Source: Dehalococcoidia bacterium
Lineage (GTDB): Bacteria > Chloroflexota > Dehalococcoidia > DSTF01 > WHTK01
DNA length: 61,681 bases
Assembly (NCBI GenBank): GCA_035574915.1
Contig: DATLYJ010000089.1
Location: forward strand, 1-61,681
Direction of reading: 5' to 3'
Below the pieces are notes generated by a model, which saw nothing but the letters and a program-made list of their open reading frames with translations, was not told the DNA's origin and searched no databases. The position numbers and the translations under genes were made by a program. Below are positions 26,786 through 35,627 of this stretch, one piece after another (within the stretch, counting starts at the first letter, position 1; every line of letters begins with the position of its first letter).

Positions 26786-26983
26786 GAGCCGCCCGGGCAG
26801 GTCTGCTGCCTGGCCGGGCCTTCGAACGCCGGCCGCGCACTCTGAGGCTCTGGGAGCCACTCTGACTCGCGCCTACTTCCGCCTCCGGGCAGGCCGCGTG
26901 CTTGTCCCTGCAGATGGGGAGCCTCGAGCGCGCGAAGGACGCGTCTGCCCGTCCTCCGCCGGGACGGGCCGAGCCCGTCGTCC

Positions 26984-29740
26984 TTACCCGAGCTCAGCCA
27001 GGCGGCGTTGGGCGACCTCCAGGCGGGACTCGGCCGCGGCCAGGCGGTCGCGGGCGTCCTGGACGACAGCCGCCGGCGCCCGTGAAGTGAAGCCCTCGTT
27101 CGATAGCTGCGCCCGCAGGCGTTCGACCTCGGCGCGCGCCTGCTCGGCCTGCCTCTGGAGGTTCGCCCGCTCGGCGGCGACGTCGAAGAGGCCGGCCAGA
27201 GGGACGACGACGGTTGCCCTGTCGAGCACGGCGGTGGCAACTCCCTCGGAGGGCGCTTCGGAGGCCGATGCCACGAGGCGGAGCGGCCGCACGCGCGCGA
27301 GCTGTTCGATCGCGGGGACGTGAGGCGTAAAGTCGTCGCCGCTGACGATGTACGCCTCGATCCAGCGGCCGGCGTCGATGTTGCGTTCCCGCCGCAGGTT
27401 GCGGACCGCCCGGACGATGTCCATGACGGCATCCATCTCGGCTTCGGCGGCGGCGTCGCGCCAGACGCCGGACGGCTGCGGGAACGGGGCGACCATGATC
27501 AGCGGCTCGCTGGCGTCGGGCAGATGTCCGCGAAGATCGCCGCTGCCGGACCAGATCTCCTCCGTGACGTAGGGCATGTAGGGGTGGAGGAGGCGCAGGG
27601 CAGTGTCGAGGACGTGGACGAGGACCGGGAGCGGCGACACCTGGGCGGCGGCGCGGAGGCGGACCTTGGCGATCTCCAGGTACCAGTCGCAGAACTCGTC
27701 CCAGAGGAAGTCGTGCATCTCCCGGCCGGCCTCGCCCAGCTCGAAGCGCGCCATCAGGCGCTCCGTCTCCGAGACCAGGCGGTCCAGGCGAGACATGATC
27801 CAGCGGTCCTCGGCTGGCAGCGAGGCGCGGCGTGACGGGTCGGGCCGCGGCACCTTCTGCCCCGGTTCGAGCTGGCTGAGGACGAAGCGCGATGCGTTCC
27901 AGAGCTTGTTGGCGAAGTTGCGCGCCGCTTCGATCCTGGGCTCTTCGAGGCGCTGGTCGTTACCGGTGCCGCCAGCGGTCACGAGCTTGAAGCGCAGCGC
28001 GTCGGAGCCGTAACGGTCAATCAGGACTTCAGGGTCGACGCCGTTCCCCTTGGACTTGCTCATGCGCTGGCCACGGTCGTCGCGCACGGTGCCGTGGAAG
28101 TAGACGTACTCGAAGGGCACGTCGTCCATGGCGTAGAGGCCCATCACGATCATGCGCGCGACCCAGAGGAAGATGATGTCGTACCCGGTCTCCATGACGG
28201 ACGTCGGGTAGAAGTAGCGCAGGTCCTCGGTGTCCTCCGGCCAGCCGAGGGTCGAGAACGGCCAGAGGGCCGAGGAGAACCAGGTGTCGAGCGTGTCCTC
28301 ATCCTGGCGGATGACGGTCGACCTGCAGTGCTCGCAGCGGTCCGGGTCCTCGATCGCGACCGTCATCTTGCCGCAGTGATCGCAATACCAGACGGGGATA
28401 CGGTGGCCCCACCAGATCTGGCGGCTGATGCACCAGTCGCGGATGTTCTCCAGCCAGTTGCGGTAAACGCCCAGGTGCCTTTCCGGGATGATGCGGATCT
28501 GCCTCCGCCGCCCGCCCGCACCGTCCCAGCCCTCGACGACGGCCCTAAGAGCGTCGCGGGCGAGCGAGCGCGCCCGGCCGTTCCGCTCGTAGGGCCTGGT
28601 CATGGCGACGAACCACTGCTCACTGATCAAAGGCTCGACGATGGTCCCGCAACGGTCGCAGCGGCCGACGGAGTGGGTGTACGGCTCCTCTTTCTCCAGT
28701 AGTCCCTGCTCGCGGAGCAAGGCCACCATGTGGCGGCGGGCCTGGAAGCGCTCCTGGCCATCGAGCGGGCCGGCCTCGGAGTTCATCCGCCCGTCGAATC
28801 CGACGGCGGTGACGACCGGCAGAGAGTGGCGCTCGCCGATCTCGAAGTCCACGGGGTCGTGGCCGGGCGTGACCTTGAGCGCGCCTGTGCCGAACTCGGG
28901 GTCGATGGCTTCGTCGGTGATGACCGGCACAAGCCGGCCGATCACGGGGACGCGGGCGCGGAGCTTGCCGGCGATGTCGCTATAACGCGCGTCCCCGGGA
29001 TGCACTGCTATGGCCGTGTCGGCCACGATCGTCTCCGGCCGGGTGGTGGCGATGGTAATGAAGCGGCCGCTGTCATTGCCGGCGTCGTCAGCAAGGGGGT
29101 AGCGGACGTGCCAGAGGAACGACTGCTCGTCCTCGTGGTCGACCTCGAGGTCGCTGAGGGCGCTCATGCAGCCGGGGCACCAGTTGATGATGCGGTTGCC
29201 GCGGTAGATAAGGCCGTCGTCGTAGAGCATCTTGAAGATGGTGCGGACGGCGCGCGCCGGCCCCGGGTCCATGGTGAACCGCTCCCGGGTCCAATCGGCG
29301 CTGATGCCGAGGCGCTTGTGCTGCTCGAAGATGCGCGCCCGGCTGCGGTTCACGAAGTCCCACACGCGCTCCAGGAACTTCTCGCGGCCGATCTCGTGGC
29401 GGGTCAGGCCCTCGGCGGCGAGCTGATTCTCGATGATCGCGTTCACGGCAATGGCGGCGTGGTCGACCCCCGGCAGCCAGAGGGTCACGTCGCCCTTCAT
29501 GCGGTGCCAGCGGATGAGGATGTCCTCGACCGTGTCCATCATGGCGTGGCCCAGGTGCAGCTCGCCGGTGAGGTTCGGTGGCGGCATGATGATGGTGAAG
29601 GGCCGCCGGCCCGGCTCGTCCGATGGTACGCGCGGCGTGAAGTAGCCGGACCTCTCCCATCGTTCGTACAGCGCCCGCTCGACGCTCGAGGGGTTGTAAG
29701 CCCTCGGCATCTCCTCGCGGGTGGGTGGTTGTGCCGTCAT
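26984..29740 (-). CDS. valS: Valine--tRNA ligase
   Basis: PPPNLTGELHLGHA (HIGH), KMSKSKGN, and a C-terminal coiled coil; 918 aa. Confidence 0.97.
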   Translation of the reverse strand: MTAQPPTREEMPRAYNPSSVERALYERWERSGYFTPRVPSDEPGRRPFTIIMPPPNLTGELHLGHAMMDTVEDILIRWHRMKGDVTLWLPGVDHAAIAVNAIIENQLAAEGLTRHEIGREKFLERVWDFVNRSRARIFEQHKRLGISADWTRERFTMDPGPARAVRTIFKMLYDDGLIYRGNRIINWCPGCMSALSDLEVDHEDEQSFLWHVRYPLADDAGNDSGRFITIATTRPETIVADTAIAVHPGDARYSDIAGKLRARVPVIGRLVPVITDEAIDPEFGTGALKVTPGHDPVDFEIGERHSLPVVTAVGFDGRMNSEAGPLDGQERFQARRHMVALLREQGLLEKEEPYTHSVGRCDRCGTIVEPLISEQWFVAMTRPYERNGRARSLARDALRAVVEGWDGAGGRRRQIRIIPERHLGVYRNWLENIRDWCISRQIWWGHRIPVWYCDHCGKMTVAIEDPDRCEHCRSTVIRQDEDTLDTWFSSALWPFSTLGWPEDTEDLRYFYPTSVMETGYDIIFLWVARMIVMGLYAMDDVPFEYVYFHGTVRDDRGQRMSKSKGNGVDPEVLIDRYGSDALRFKLVTAGGTGNDQRLEEPRIEAARNFANKLWNASRFVLSQLEPGQKVPRPDPSRRASLPAEDRWIMSRLDRLVSETERLMARFELGEAGREMHDFLWDEFCDWYLEIAKVRLRAAAQVSPLPVLVHVLDTALRLLHPYMPYVTEEIWSGSGDLRGHLPDASEPLIMVAPFPQPSGVWRDAAAEAEMDAVMDIVRAVRNLRRERNIDAGRWIEAYIVSGDDFTPHVPAIEQLARVRPLRLVASASEAPSEGVATAVLDRATVVVPLAGLFDVAAERANLQRQAEQARAEVERLRAQLSNEGFTSRAPAAVVQDARDRLAAAESRLEVAQRRLAELG

Positions 29741-30064
29741 GGCAGTCTCTCCCTAGCCCCTTCCCCAGGGGGCATCTCGTCTATCATCGCGGCATGAAAC
29801 CAAAGAGGCCAGTTGTCCTCATCGACATCTTTTCCGAGGAGCGGGTGCGGCTGCTCTGAGTGCTGCGAGTCCTCGGCCCCGGCCAGCGGTACGCGGACGC
29901 AGTGACCCAGGGGCGACCGGGCGCGAAAGTGCGCGTGGTGTTCCTGCCGGGGCGCCTGAGGCGGCCCCGGCGTCAGGTTCGATGTCCGGAACGCGGGGGC
30001 TCGCGCGCGGACACGGTACGCCGGAGGGTCGTGGAGCTGGTCGGAGTAGAGAGTCGGGTGTTCG

Positions 30065-30403
30065 TCAGCGGGCGCCGCAACTGCAGCCGCCGCCGCAGCC
30101 GCCACCGCCGCAACCGCCGCCCATGAGGCGCGGGTTGCGGATCGAAAAGCCCTGGCGCAACTCTTCCTGGATGTAGCCGACCTCGGCGCCGGCCCAGAAG
30201 GGCACGCTGAGCTCGTCGACGTGCAGGCATACCCCATCGCTCTCGAGTACTACGTCGCTCTCGTCAGCCTCAGACCAGGCCATGCCGTAGCGGACCTGGC
30301 CCTCGACCGGCTGCGCATACAGCTTGAGCACCAGGCTCTTGTCCTCCTGGGCTTCGATCATGCTGCGAAAGCGCTCCATAGCTTCTCGAGTGACGCTGAT
30401 CAT
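30065..30403 (-). CDS. HesB/IscA-fold protein with a Gly/Cys-repeat C-terminus
   Basis: ATG 30403 lies after GGAGGAAGG. IscA-like layout (ISVTREAMERFRSM...LVLKLY...GFSIRNP) ending GGGCGGGGCGGGCSCGAR. Confidence 0.65.
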   Translation of the reverse strand: MISVTREAMERFRSMIEAQEDKSLVLKLYAQPVEGQVRYGMAWSEADESDVVLESDGVCLHVDELSVPFWAGAEVGYIQEELRQGFSIRNPRLMGGGCGGGGCGGGCSCGAR

Positions 30404-30527
30404 GCCTTCCTCCAGCGAGGGGTTGCACTGGCCATTCTCGGCGCATCGGGTACATCCCTGCAAGGGCCATACGGCCGGCTCCTTGAAGGCCGGCCGCTGC
30501 AGCCTTGCGCCGTGCCTGACGGCAGGC

Positions 30528-31148
30528 CTAGGACGGCGATGCCGCGGCGTGTTTGTCGCCGATGAGGCCGGCGATAGCGCGCAGCACGGGCTCGGGGCGG
30601 AAGTGCTCCGGGTCGATCAGGTGGTGGACCCGCAGGCCTTCCCAGGCGCAGATGAGCAGGACGGCCAGACCTTCCGTATCGATGTGAGGAGCCAGTTGCC
30701 CTGCGCTCTGGGCCTCATCGAGGAGGGCGCGCATGTTCGACCGCCAGGTGTTGAGTTCGGCCGAGAGCGATTGCAGGAGGTCCGGCCGGCGAAGGGCCTC
30801 GGGAAGCGTCTCGATGTGGACGCGGGTGACAGCGTCGCAGGAAGGGTCATTGAGCGAGCCGAAGACGCGCGCGCCCAGGGCCGCGAGGGCGCCGAGCGGC
30901 TCGCCGGCGGTGTCCCGCGATTGGGCGATGCGCTGGAGGGCCTCGGACTGAGCGCGCTCGCTGGTGGCGCGGAGGATGTCTTCTTTGCTGGTGAAGTAAC
31001 GGTAGAGTGCGCCGTAGCTGAGACCACTTTCCTTGCAGATGTCCTGCATTGTGGTCTCGTGATAGCCGCGGCGGCCGAAGCAGGTCCAGGCCGCGTCCAG
31101 GATCTGGTCACGCCGCGCCTTCAGGTAAGCTTCGCTGACCTTGGGCAC
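30528..31148 (-). CDS. TetR/AcrR family transcriptional regulator
   Basis: ILDAAWTCFGRRGYHETTMQDICKESGLSYGALYRYFTSKEDIL is a TetR HTH. GTG start after AAGGAGG. Confidence 0.9.
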   Translation of the reverse strand: MPKVSEAYLKARRDQILDAAWTCFGRRGYHETTMQDICKESGLSYGALYRYFTSKEDILRATSERAQSEALQRIAQSRDTAGEPLGALAALGARVFGSLNDPSCDAVTRVHIETLPEALRRPDLLQSLSAELNTWRSNMRALLDEAQSAGQLAPHIDTEGLAVLLICAWEGLRVHHLIDPEHFRPEPVLRAIAGLIGDKHAAASPS

Positions 31149-31163
31149 TGGCCCTCCTTCTGC

Positions 31164-31388
31164 TCAGGACTGGCGCTGGCCGGCCAGCGCGGGCGACGCG
31201 CCGCCGTCGATGGCGGCCGCGAGCCGGATCAGGGTCGCGGCGATGCGCTGACGGGCGCCGCTGGCGGACGGCCTCCCGGCGTCCATTGTAGCCCTGAGGG
31301 CGAGGCGCGCCCGTTGTGCCGGCGTAAGGTTCTCCTCGAGGTGGGCGGCGGACCTCACGAGGTGTTCCATCGTGACCCAGTCGAACAT
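31164..31388 (-). CDS. Hypothetical 74-aa protein, first gene of the TetR operon
   Basis: ATG preceded by GGAG and a strong promoter. Ends 15 nt before the TetR start. No family recognised. Confidence 0.45.
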   Translation of the reverse strand: MFDWVTMEHLVRSAAHLEENLTPAQRARLALRATMDAGRPSASGARQRIAATLIRLAAAIDGGASPALAGQRQS

Positions 31389-31403
31389 AGGTGTGCTCCA
31401 AAC

Positions 31404-31448
31404 AAAACTGACTAATCACTTTTTATACCAGAATCAGAGGGCTGTCAA
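31404..31448 (-). promoter_or_regulatory. Promoter TTGACA-N15-TGgTATAAA with an overlapping 20-bp imperfect palindrome (candidate TetR operator)
   Basis: Minus strand: TTGACA (31443-31448), TGGTATAAA (31422-31430). AAAAGTGATTAGTCAGTTTT (31404-31423) is 16/20 self-complementary. Confidence 0.5.
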
Positions 31449-31502
31449 GATGCTGGCGGCGCTCAGACCCCCGGAGGCCAGTGCCGGGGCAGGGTTGTAG
31501 GC

Positions 31503-32729
31503 CTAGGAGGAGAGGGTACGGCGCAGCAAATTGATGGCCTGGCTCACCGCGCGGCGCTTGATCTGTTCACGCGCCTGGCCCATGACGTAGCTGATCACCG
31601 ACGTGGCCCCCTGAACGTCGACGGCTATGTGCACTTCGCCCACTGGCTTGTCGTCCTGCGGGTCCGGCCCGGCGACGCCGGTGATCCCGACGCCCACGTC
31701 GGCGCGGAGTCGCTCGCGCGCTGCGGCAGCCATGGCGATGGCCGTCTCGTCGCTGATCACGCCGTGTTCCTCGATGATCCGGGCATCGACGCCCATCATT
31801 TCCTTGACGTCTGTCGCGTAGCTGACGATGCTGCCCCGGAAGTAGCGGCTGGAGCCGGGGACGTTAGTGATCGTGTCGGCGAAGAGGCCGCCGGTGCAGG
31901 ACTCCATGGCGGCTAGTGTCAGGCCGCGCTCGACCAGCATCTCCCCGACAACCTTCTCGAAGGTGTCGTCGTCTGCGCCCCAGATGGCAGGGCCGAGGAT
32001 GCGCCGCACTTCCGCCTCCACCGGCTCGATGATCGCCCGCGCCTCGGACTCCGTGGCCGCCTTGGCGGCCAGGCGCACGTGGATGCCGTCCGGCTTCGCG
32101 TACACGCCTATGGTCGGGTTCGTCGCCTTCAGCAGAGGGCTGAGGGCTTCGTCGACGCTTCCCTCGCTCATGCCCGAGGTCTTCAGCGTGCGGGTTATGA
32201 GGACGATGCCGGGGTTGCGGCGCGCCAGTTCAGGCGCGACCTCGTTCTGCCACATGCGCGTCATTTCCGCCGGCGGTCCCGGCAGGCAGATGATGATGTT
32301 GCCATCGCGCTCGACCCACCAGCCGGGGGCGGTCCCGCCCGGGTTGGGAATCGGGCGCGCCGAGGGCACGAGCCAGGCTTGCTTGACGTTGCGTTCCGGC
32401 ATGACGGCGCCGCGGCGGGCGAAGATGGAGCGCACCCAGGCCTCGAGCTCCGGGTCAACGTAGAGCTCTTCGCCCAACACCTTCGCTACGGCCTCCCGAG
32501 TTAGGTCGTCTTCGGTCGGCCCCAGGCCGCCGGTAGTGATGACGAGGTCGTTGTGCTCCCAGGCGTGGCGGATGGTGTCCGCGATGCGGTCCAGGTTGTC
32601 GCCGACCGTGTGCTTGAAGTAGAGGTCGATGCCCAGGGCCGGCAGGCGGGAGGCGATGTAAGCGCTGTTCGTGTCGACAATCTCGCCGAGCAGCAGTTCG
32701 GTGCCGATAGAGATGATCTCAGCCTTCAT
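31503..32729 (-). CDS. cinA: Competence/damage-inducible protein CinA (MoCF-like domain plus nicotinamide-nucleotide amidase domain)
   Basis: MKAEIISIGTELLLGEIVDTNSAYIA... and the C-terminal ESCTGGL block. Confidence 0.92.
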   Translation of the reverse strand: MKAEIISIGTELLLGEIVDTNSAYIASRLPALGIDLYFKHTVGDNLDRIADTIRHAWEHNDLVITTGGLGPTEDDLTREAVAKVLGEELYVDPELEAWVRSIFARRGAVMPERNVKQAWLVPSARPIPNPGGTAPGWWVERDGNIIICLPGPPAEMTRMWQNEVAPELARRNPGIVLITRTLKTSGMSEGSVDEALSPLLKATNPTIGVYAKPDGIHVRLAAKAATESEARAIIEPVEAEVRRILGPAIWGADDDTFEKVVGEMLVERGLTLAAMESCTGGLFADTITNVPGSSRYFRGSIVSYATDVKEMMGVDARIIEEHGVISDETAIAMAAAARERLRADVGVGITGVAGPDPQDDKPVGEVHIAVDVQGATSVISYVMGQAREQIKRRAVSQAINLLRRTLSS

Positions 32730-32857
32730 GCCGCCCTCTCAGGGAAGCTCCTGCCGGAGTACTGGCCTGCAAGATACGGTGAGACGGCGCGGCTGGCAAC
32801 GGCGGACCAAGGAGGCTGCTAAAGCTGGGTGGCCGAAACGGTGGCGAAATGCGCCCG

Positions 32858-33058
32858 CTAGGGGCCGTCGCCGGCAGCGCGCTTCTCCATGTAGCGCATC
32901 AGGACGAAGAAGGGTAGGAAGCAGGCAAGCGCCGCAAATCCGGGCAAGAGCCAGCCTCCCAGGAGCATGAAGATTCCCGAGGAGATCGCCAGCGCCATCC
33001 CCAGGACGGAGACGATGCGGACGATGGCGAGGAGGGCGGTGGCGCGGTCGGGTTGCAT
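32858..33058 (-). CDS. Small two-TM membrane protein
   Basis: 66 aa with two hydrophobic helices. TGaTACGAT extended -10 (33068-33076) lies 9 nt upstream of the ATG. Confidence 0.45.
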   Translation of the reverse strand: MQPDRATALLAIVRIVSVLGMALAISSGIFMLLGGWLLPGFAALACFLPFFVLMRYMEKRAAGDGP

Positions 33059-33091
33059 CTGAGAGAGATCGTATCAACCGGGGCCTTTAGC

Positions 33092-33115
33092 GCCAGGGTT
33101 GCGAGCGGCCCTGGC
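33092..33115 (-). terminator. Hairpin downstream of fabF (candidate terminator, no U-tract)
   Basis: GCCAGGG-N10-CCCTGGC, a 7-bp GC-rich stem about 20 nt after the fabF stop. Confidence 0.3.
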
Positions 33116-33135
33116 TGGCCGCGGATCGCGGGACG

Positions 33136-34404
33136 CTACGCCTCCCAGCGTCGGAAGAGCAGCGCCGCATTGTGGCCCCCGAGGCCGATAGAGGTCGAAA
33201 GGGCGTATTCCAGCCCGGAGACTGGCCTCGCGGCATTTGGCACGTAGTCCAGGTCGCAGTCCGGGTCGGGGACAGCGTAGTGCATGGTCGGCGGCAGCAG
33301 TTGGCGTTCCAGCGCGAGGACCGTGACCAGCGCCTCGACGGCGCCAGCGGCGCCCATCATGTGGCCGGTCACCGACTTCGTCGAAGACACCGCGAGCGAC
33401 CGCGCGTGCTCCCCGAACACCCGCTTGATCGCGGCCGTCTCCACCCGGTCGTTCAACGGCGTGCCTGTGCCGTGGGCGTTGATGTAGCCAACGGCGCCGG
33501 GAGGGACTGCTGCTTTGCGGAGCGCCATCTGCATGGCGAGCACCGGGCCCCTGCCGGAGTCCTCCGAGGCCACCATGTCGAAGGCGTCGTTGCTGGAGCC
33601 GTAGCCGGCGAGCTCGGCGCGGATGCGGGCGCCTCGTGCGAGGGCGTGCTCCAGGCTCTCGAGCACGACGGCGCCTGCGCCCTCGGCGACCACGAAGCCG
33701 TTGCGGCGGCGGTCAAATGGACGGCAGGACTCTTCGACCGGCTCCGAGATGCCGATGGCGCGCATCGCCGCGAAGGCCGAATAAACGATCTCGGAGAAGG
33801 GCGCCTCAGCACCACCGGCGACCATCACCTCCGCATCGCCGCGGCGGATGACCTCGGCCGCTTCGCCGATCGCCGCCGCACCGGTCGCGCAGGCGGCGAC
33901 GACGGCCATGTTGGGGCCGGTCGCGCCGGTCAGGATGGCGATGTTGCCGGATACGGCGTCCGGCAGCATGTTCGTCAGGAGGAAGGGGCTGACGCGCCGC
34001 GGGCCGCCCTCGCGCAGGAGGCGGCTCTGCTCCTCGATGAGCATGAAGCCGCCAGACCCGCAGCCGAAGACCACTCCGGCTGAGTCGCCCAGGGCGACGC
34101 CCTCCGGGAAGCCGGCGTCGGCGAGAGCCTCCAGGGCGGCGGCGACGCCGAAGAGGGCGTAGCGGTCCATGCGGCGGGCTTCTTTCGGCGAGACGCCCCT
34201 CGGCTCGAAGCCCTTCACCTCGGCGCCGACATCCGCATCGAATTTCGAGCCGTCGAGGAGCGTAAGGCGGCCGATGCCGCTGCGGCCGGCGATGAGGGAC
34301 TCCCAGGTCGTGGGAGCGTCGTTGCCGACGGGCGTGATGGCGCCGAGGCCGGTCACGACCACTCGGCGACGGCCGTTGGCGTCAGTGCCGGAGAGGAGTG
34401 TCAT
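33136..34404 (-). CDS. fabF: Beta-ketoacyl-ACP synthase II
   Basis: RVVVTGLGAITPVGN..., ACATGA (active-site Cys), HGTGTPLND, GHNAALLF. ATG 34404 overlaps the fabD stop (ATGA). The 616-aa ORF-track extension was rejected. Confidence 0.93.
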   Translation of the reverse strand: MTLLSGTDANGRRRVVVTGLGAITPVGNDAPTTWESLIAGRSGIGRLTLLDGSKFDADVGAEVKGFEPRGVSPKEARRMDRYALFGVAAALEALADAGFPEGVALGDSAGVVFGCGSGGFMLIEEQSRLLREGGPRRVSPFLLTNMLPDAVSGNIAILTGATGPNMAVVAACATGAAAIGEAAEVIRRGDAEVMVAGGAEAPFSEIVYSAFAAMRAIGISEPVEESCRPFDRRRNGFVVAEGAGAVVLESLEHALARGARIRAELAGYGSSNDAFDMVASEDSGRGPVLAMQMALRKAAVPPGAVGYINAHGTGTPLNDRVETAAIKRVFGEHARSLAVSSTKSVTGHMMGAAGAVEALVTVLALERQLLPPTMHYAVPDPDCDLDYVPNAARPVSGLEYALSTSIGLGGHNAALLFRRWEA

Positions 34405-35444
34405 GCTGGCTGGCCGGACTCCAGGGGGGCGCCGATGCCCTTGATCTCCTCCGGACGGGCGTCTTCCACGGCCACGAACGGCAGATTGGCGCCAAAGCGC
34501 CGCGCGATGTTCGTCAGCGTGCGTCCGGGCCCGACCTCGACGAAGGTAGCGATGTTCTGGTTCACCAGCGCGCCCATGCACCGCACCCACTCGACCGCTT
34601 CGCAGATCTGGTCGGAAAGCTCCTGCACTATCTCGTCCGCCGTCGTGAGGAGGCTGCCATCCAGGTTGGAGACAAGCGGGGCGGTGGGCGTGAAGAAGCG
34701 CGTCTTTCGGATTGTCGGGGTGAGCTCGTCGGCGGCCGGGCGCATCACGGGGGTGTGGCCCGGCACGCTTATGGGCAGGCGCCGCACCGCAGCGCCCCTC
34801 TCGCGGGCGATCTGCATGGCCCGCTCCAGCGGGGCAATGTCGCCCGAGATCACGAACTGCTCGGGAGCGTTGTGGGCGGCGATGGCGATGGACTCGGTCC
34901 CGGAAACGGCGGCGCAGATCTCGGCGACCTCCTCGCGGCCGAGGCCGATGATGGTCGCAAGGCCGCCGGGACGCTGCTGCGCCCATTCCTTCATGATCCG
35001 GCCGCGGGTGCGGACGAGCTGCAGGCCGTCGTCCAGGGGCACGGCCTGAGCCGCCACAGCGGCGCTGAACTGGCCCAGGCTGTGGCCTGCGAAGGCCGCG
35101 GGCTTCAAACGCCCACCTACCTCTGCGACGCGCTCCTTCAAATACTCGAAGTACGCCACGCTGGTCGCGAGGATGGCGGGCTGGGTGTTCTCCGTGTCCT
35201 CGAGGTCCTCGGCGTCGCCCTCGACACAGAGGCGCGAGAGGCTGAAGTCGAGGGCGCGGTCAGCCTCTTCGAAGACGGCCCGGGCTGCGCGCGATATCTC
35301 GAGGAGGCGAGCGGCCATGCCCGGCCGCTGCGATCCCTGGCCGGGGAAAAGCAGGGCGAAGCGCGGCAACTGGAGGCCAGGCGTGGCCCGCTCCGACACC
35401 CGAGTGTCGGCATCCCTGTCAGGCACTCCGGCATCGACGCCCAC
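34401..35444 (-). CDS. fabD: Malonyl CoA-ACP transacylase
   Basis: FALLFPGQGSQRPGM, GHSLGQFSA. GTG 35444 lies 6 nt after AAGGAGG and was preferred to the ORF-track start at 35489. Confidence 0.9.
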   Translation of the reverse strand: MGVDAGVPDRDADTRVSERATPGLQLPRFALLFPGQGSQRPGMAARLLEISRAARAVFEEADRALDFSLSRLCVEGDAEDLEDTENTQPAILATSVAYFEYLKERVAEVGGRLKPAAFAGHSLGQFSAAVAAQAVPLDDGLQLVRTRGRIMKEWAQQRPGGLATIIGLGREEVAEICAAVSGTESIAIAAHNAPEQFVISGDIAPLERAMQIARERGAAVRRLPISVPGHTPVMRPAADELTPTIRKTRFFTPTAPLVSNLDGSLLTTADEIVQELSDQICEAVEWVRCMGALVNQNIATFVEVGPGRTLTNIARRFGANLPFVAVEDARPEEIKGIGAPLESGQPA

Positions 35445-35465
35445 GCGGCGCCTCCTTATGTGCGA

Positions 35466-35488
35466 TTTGCGCAGCGCAAATATTAGCA
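35466..35488 (-). promoter_or_regulatory. fabD promoter: extended -10 TGcTAATAT abutting a perfect 15-bp palindrome TTTGCGCAGCGCAAA
   Basis: Palindrome at 35466-35480; extended -10 (minus strand) at 35480-35488. The predicted transcription start (TSS) falls inside the palindrome. Confidence 0.45.
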
Positions 35489-35627
35489 CGGACGCCGCGG
35501 CGGGGAATGGATACGCGCGGCTCGGGGCTCAACGTACGGCTCAGAAGGCAACCCTGGGGCATGGTCTTCGTCTTCTTCCGGATGAGGTCTCGCCTGCCCG
35601 GCCGTAATGCGCTATGCCTTATGGGTC

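Noticed and set aside
29741-30064. Possible T-box riboswitch or other leader in the 324-nt gap upstream of valS.
   Set aside because: I read the minus strand and found no T-box sequence (no GGTGGTACCGCG-like box), no specifier-loop/AGAGA arrangement, and no terminator/antiterminator pair. Only small GC hairpins are present. A covariance-model scan would be needed to be certain.
30404-30463. Cys-rich N-terminal extension (MQGCTRCAENGQCNPSLEEG, TTG start) of the IscA-like protein.
   Set aside because: The TTG has no ribosome-binding site, whereas ATG 30403 has GGAGGAAGG at ideal spacing. The extension is kept only as an alternative, because its three Cys are suggestive.
33136-34986. Longest-ORF N-terminal extensions in the ORF track: fabF 616 aa, SAM hydrolase 415 aa (12277-13524), modC 563 aa (43590-45281), UdgX 357 aa (44936-46009), transketolase C-subunit 391 aa, BatA from 1400.
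   Set aside because: The extensions are Arg/Pro-rich junk that overlaps the upstream gene. Internal starts coincide with ATGA, GTGA or TGATG coupling junctions and with the conserved N-termini of the families.
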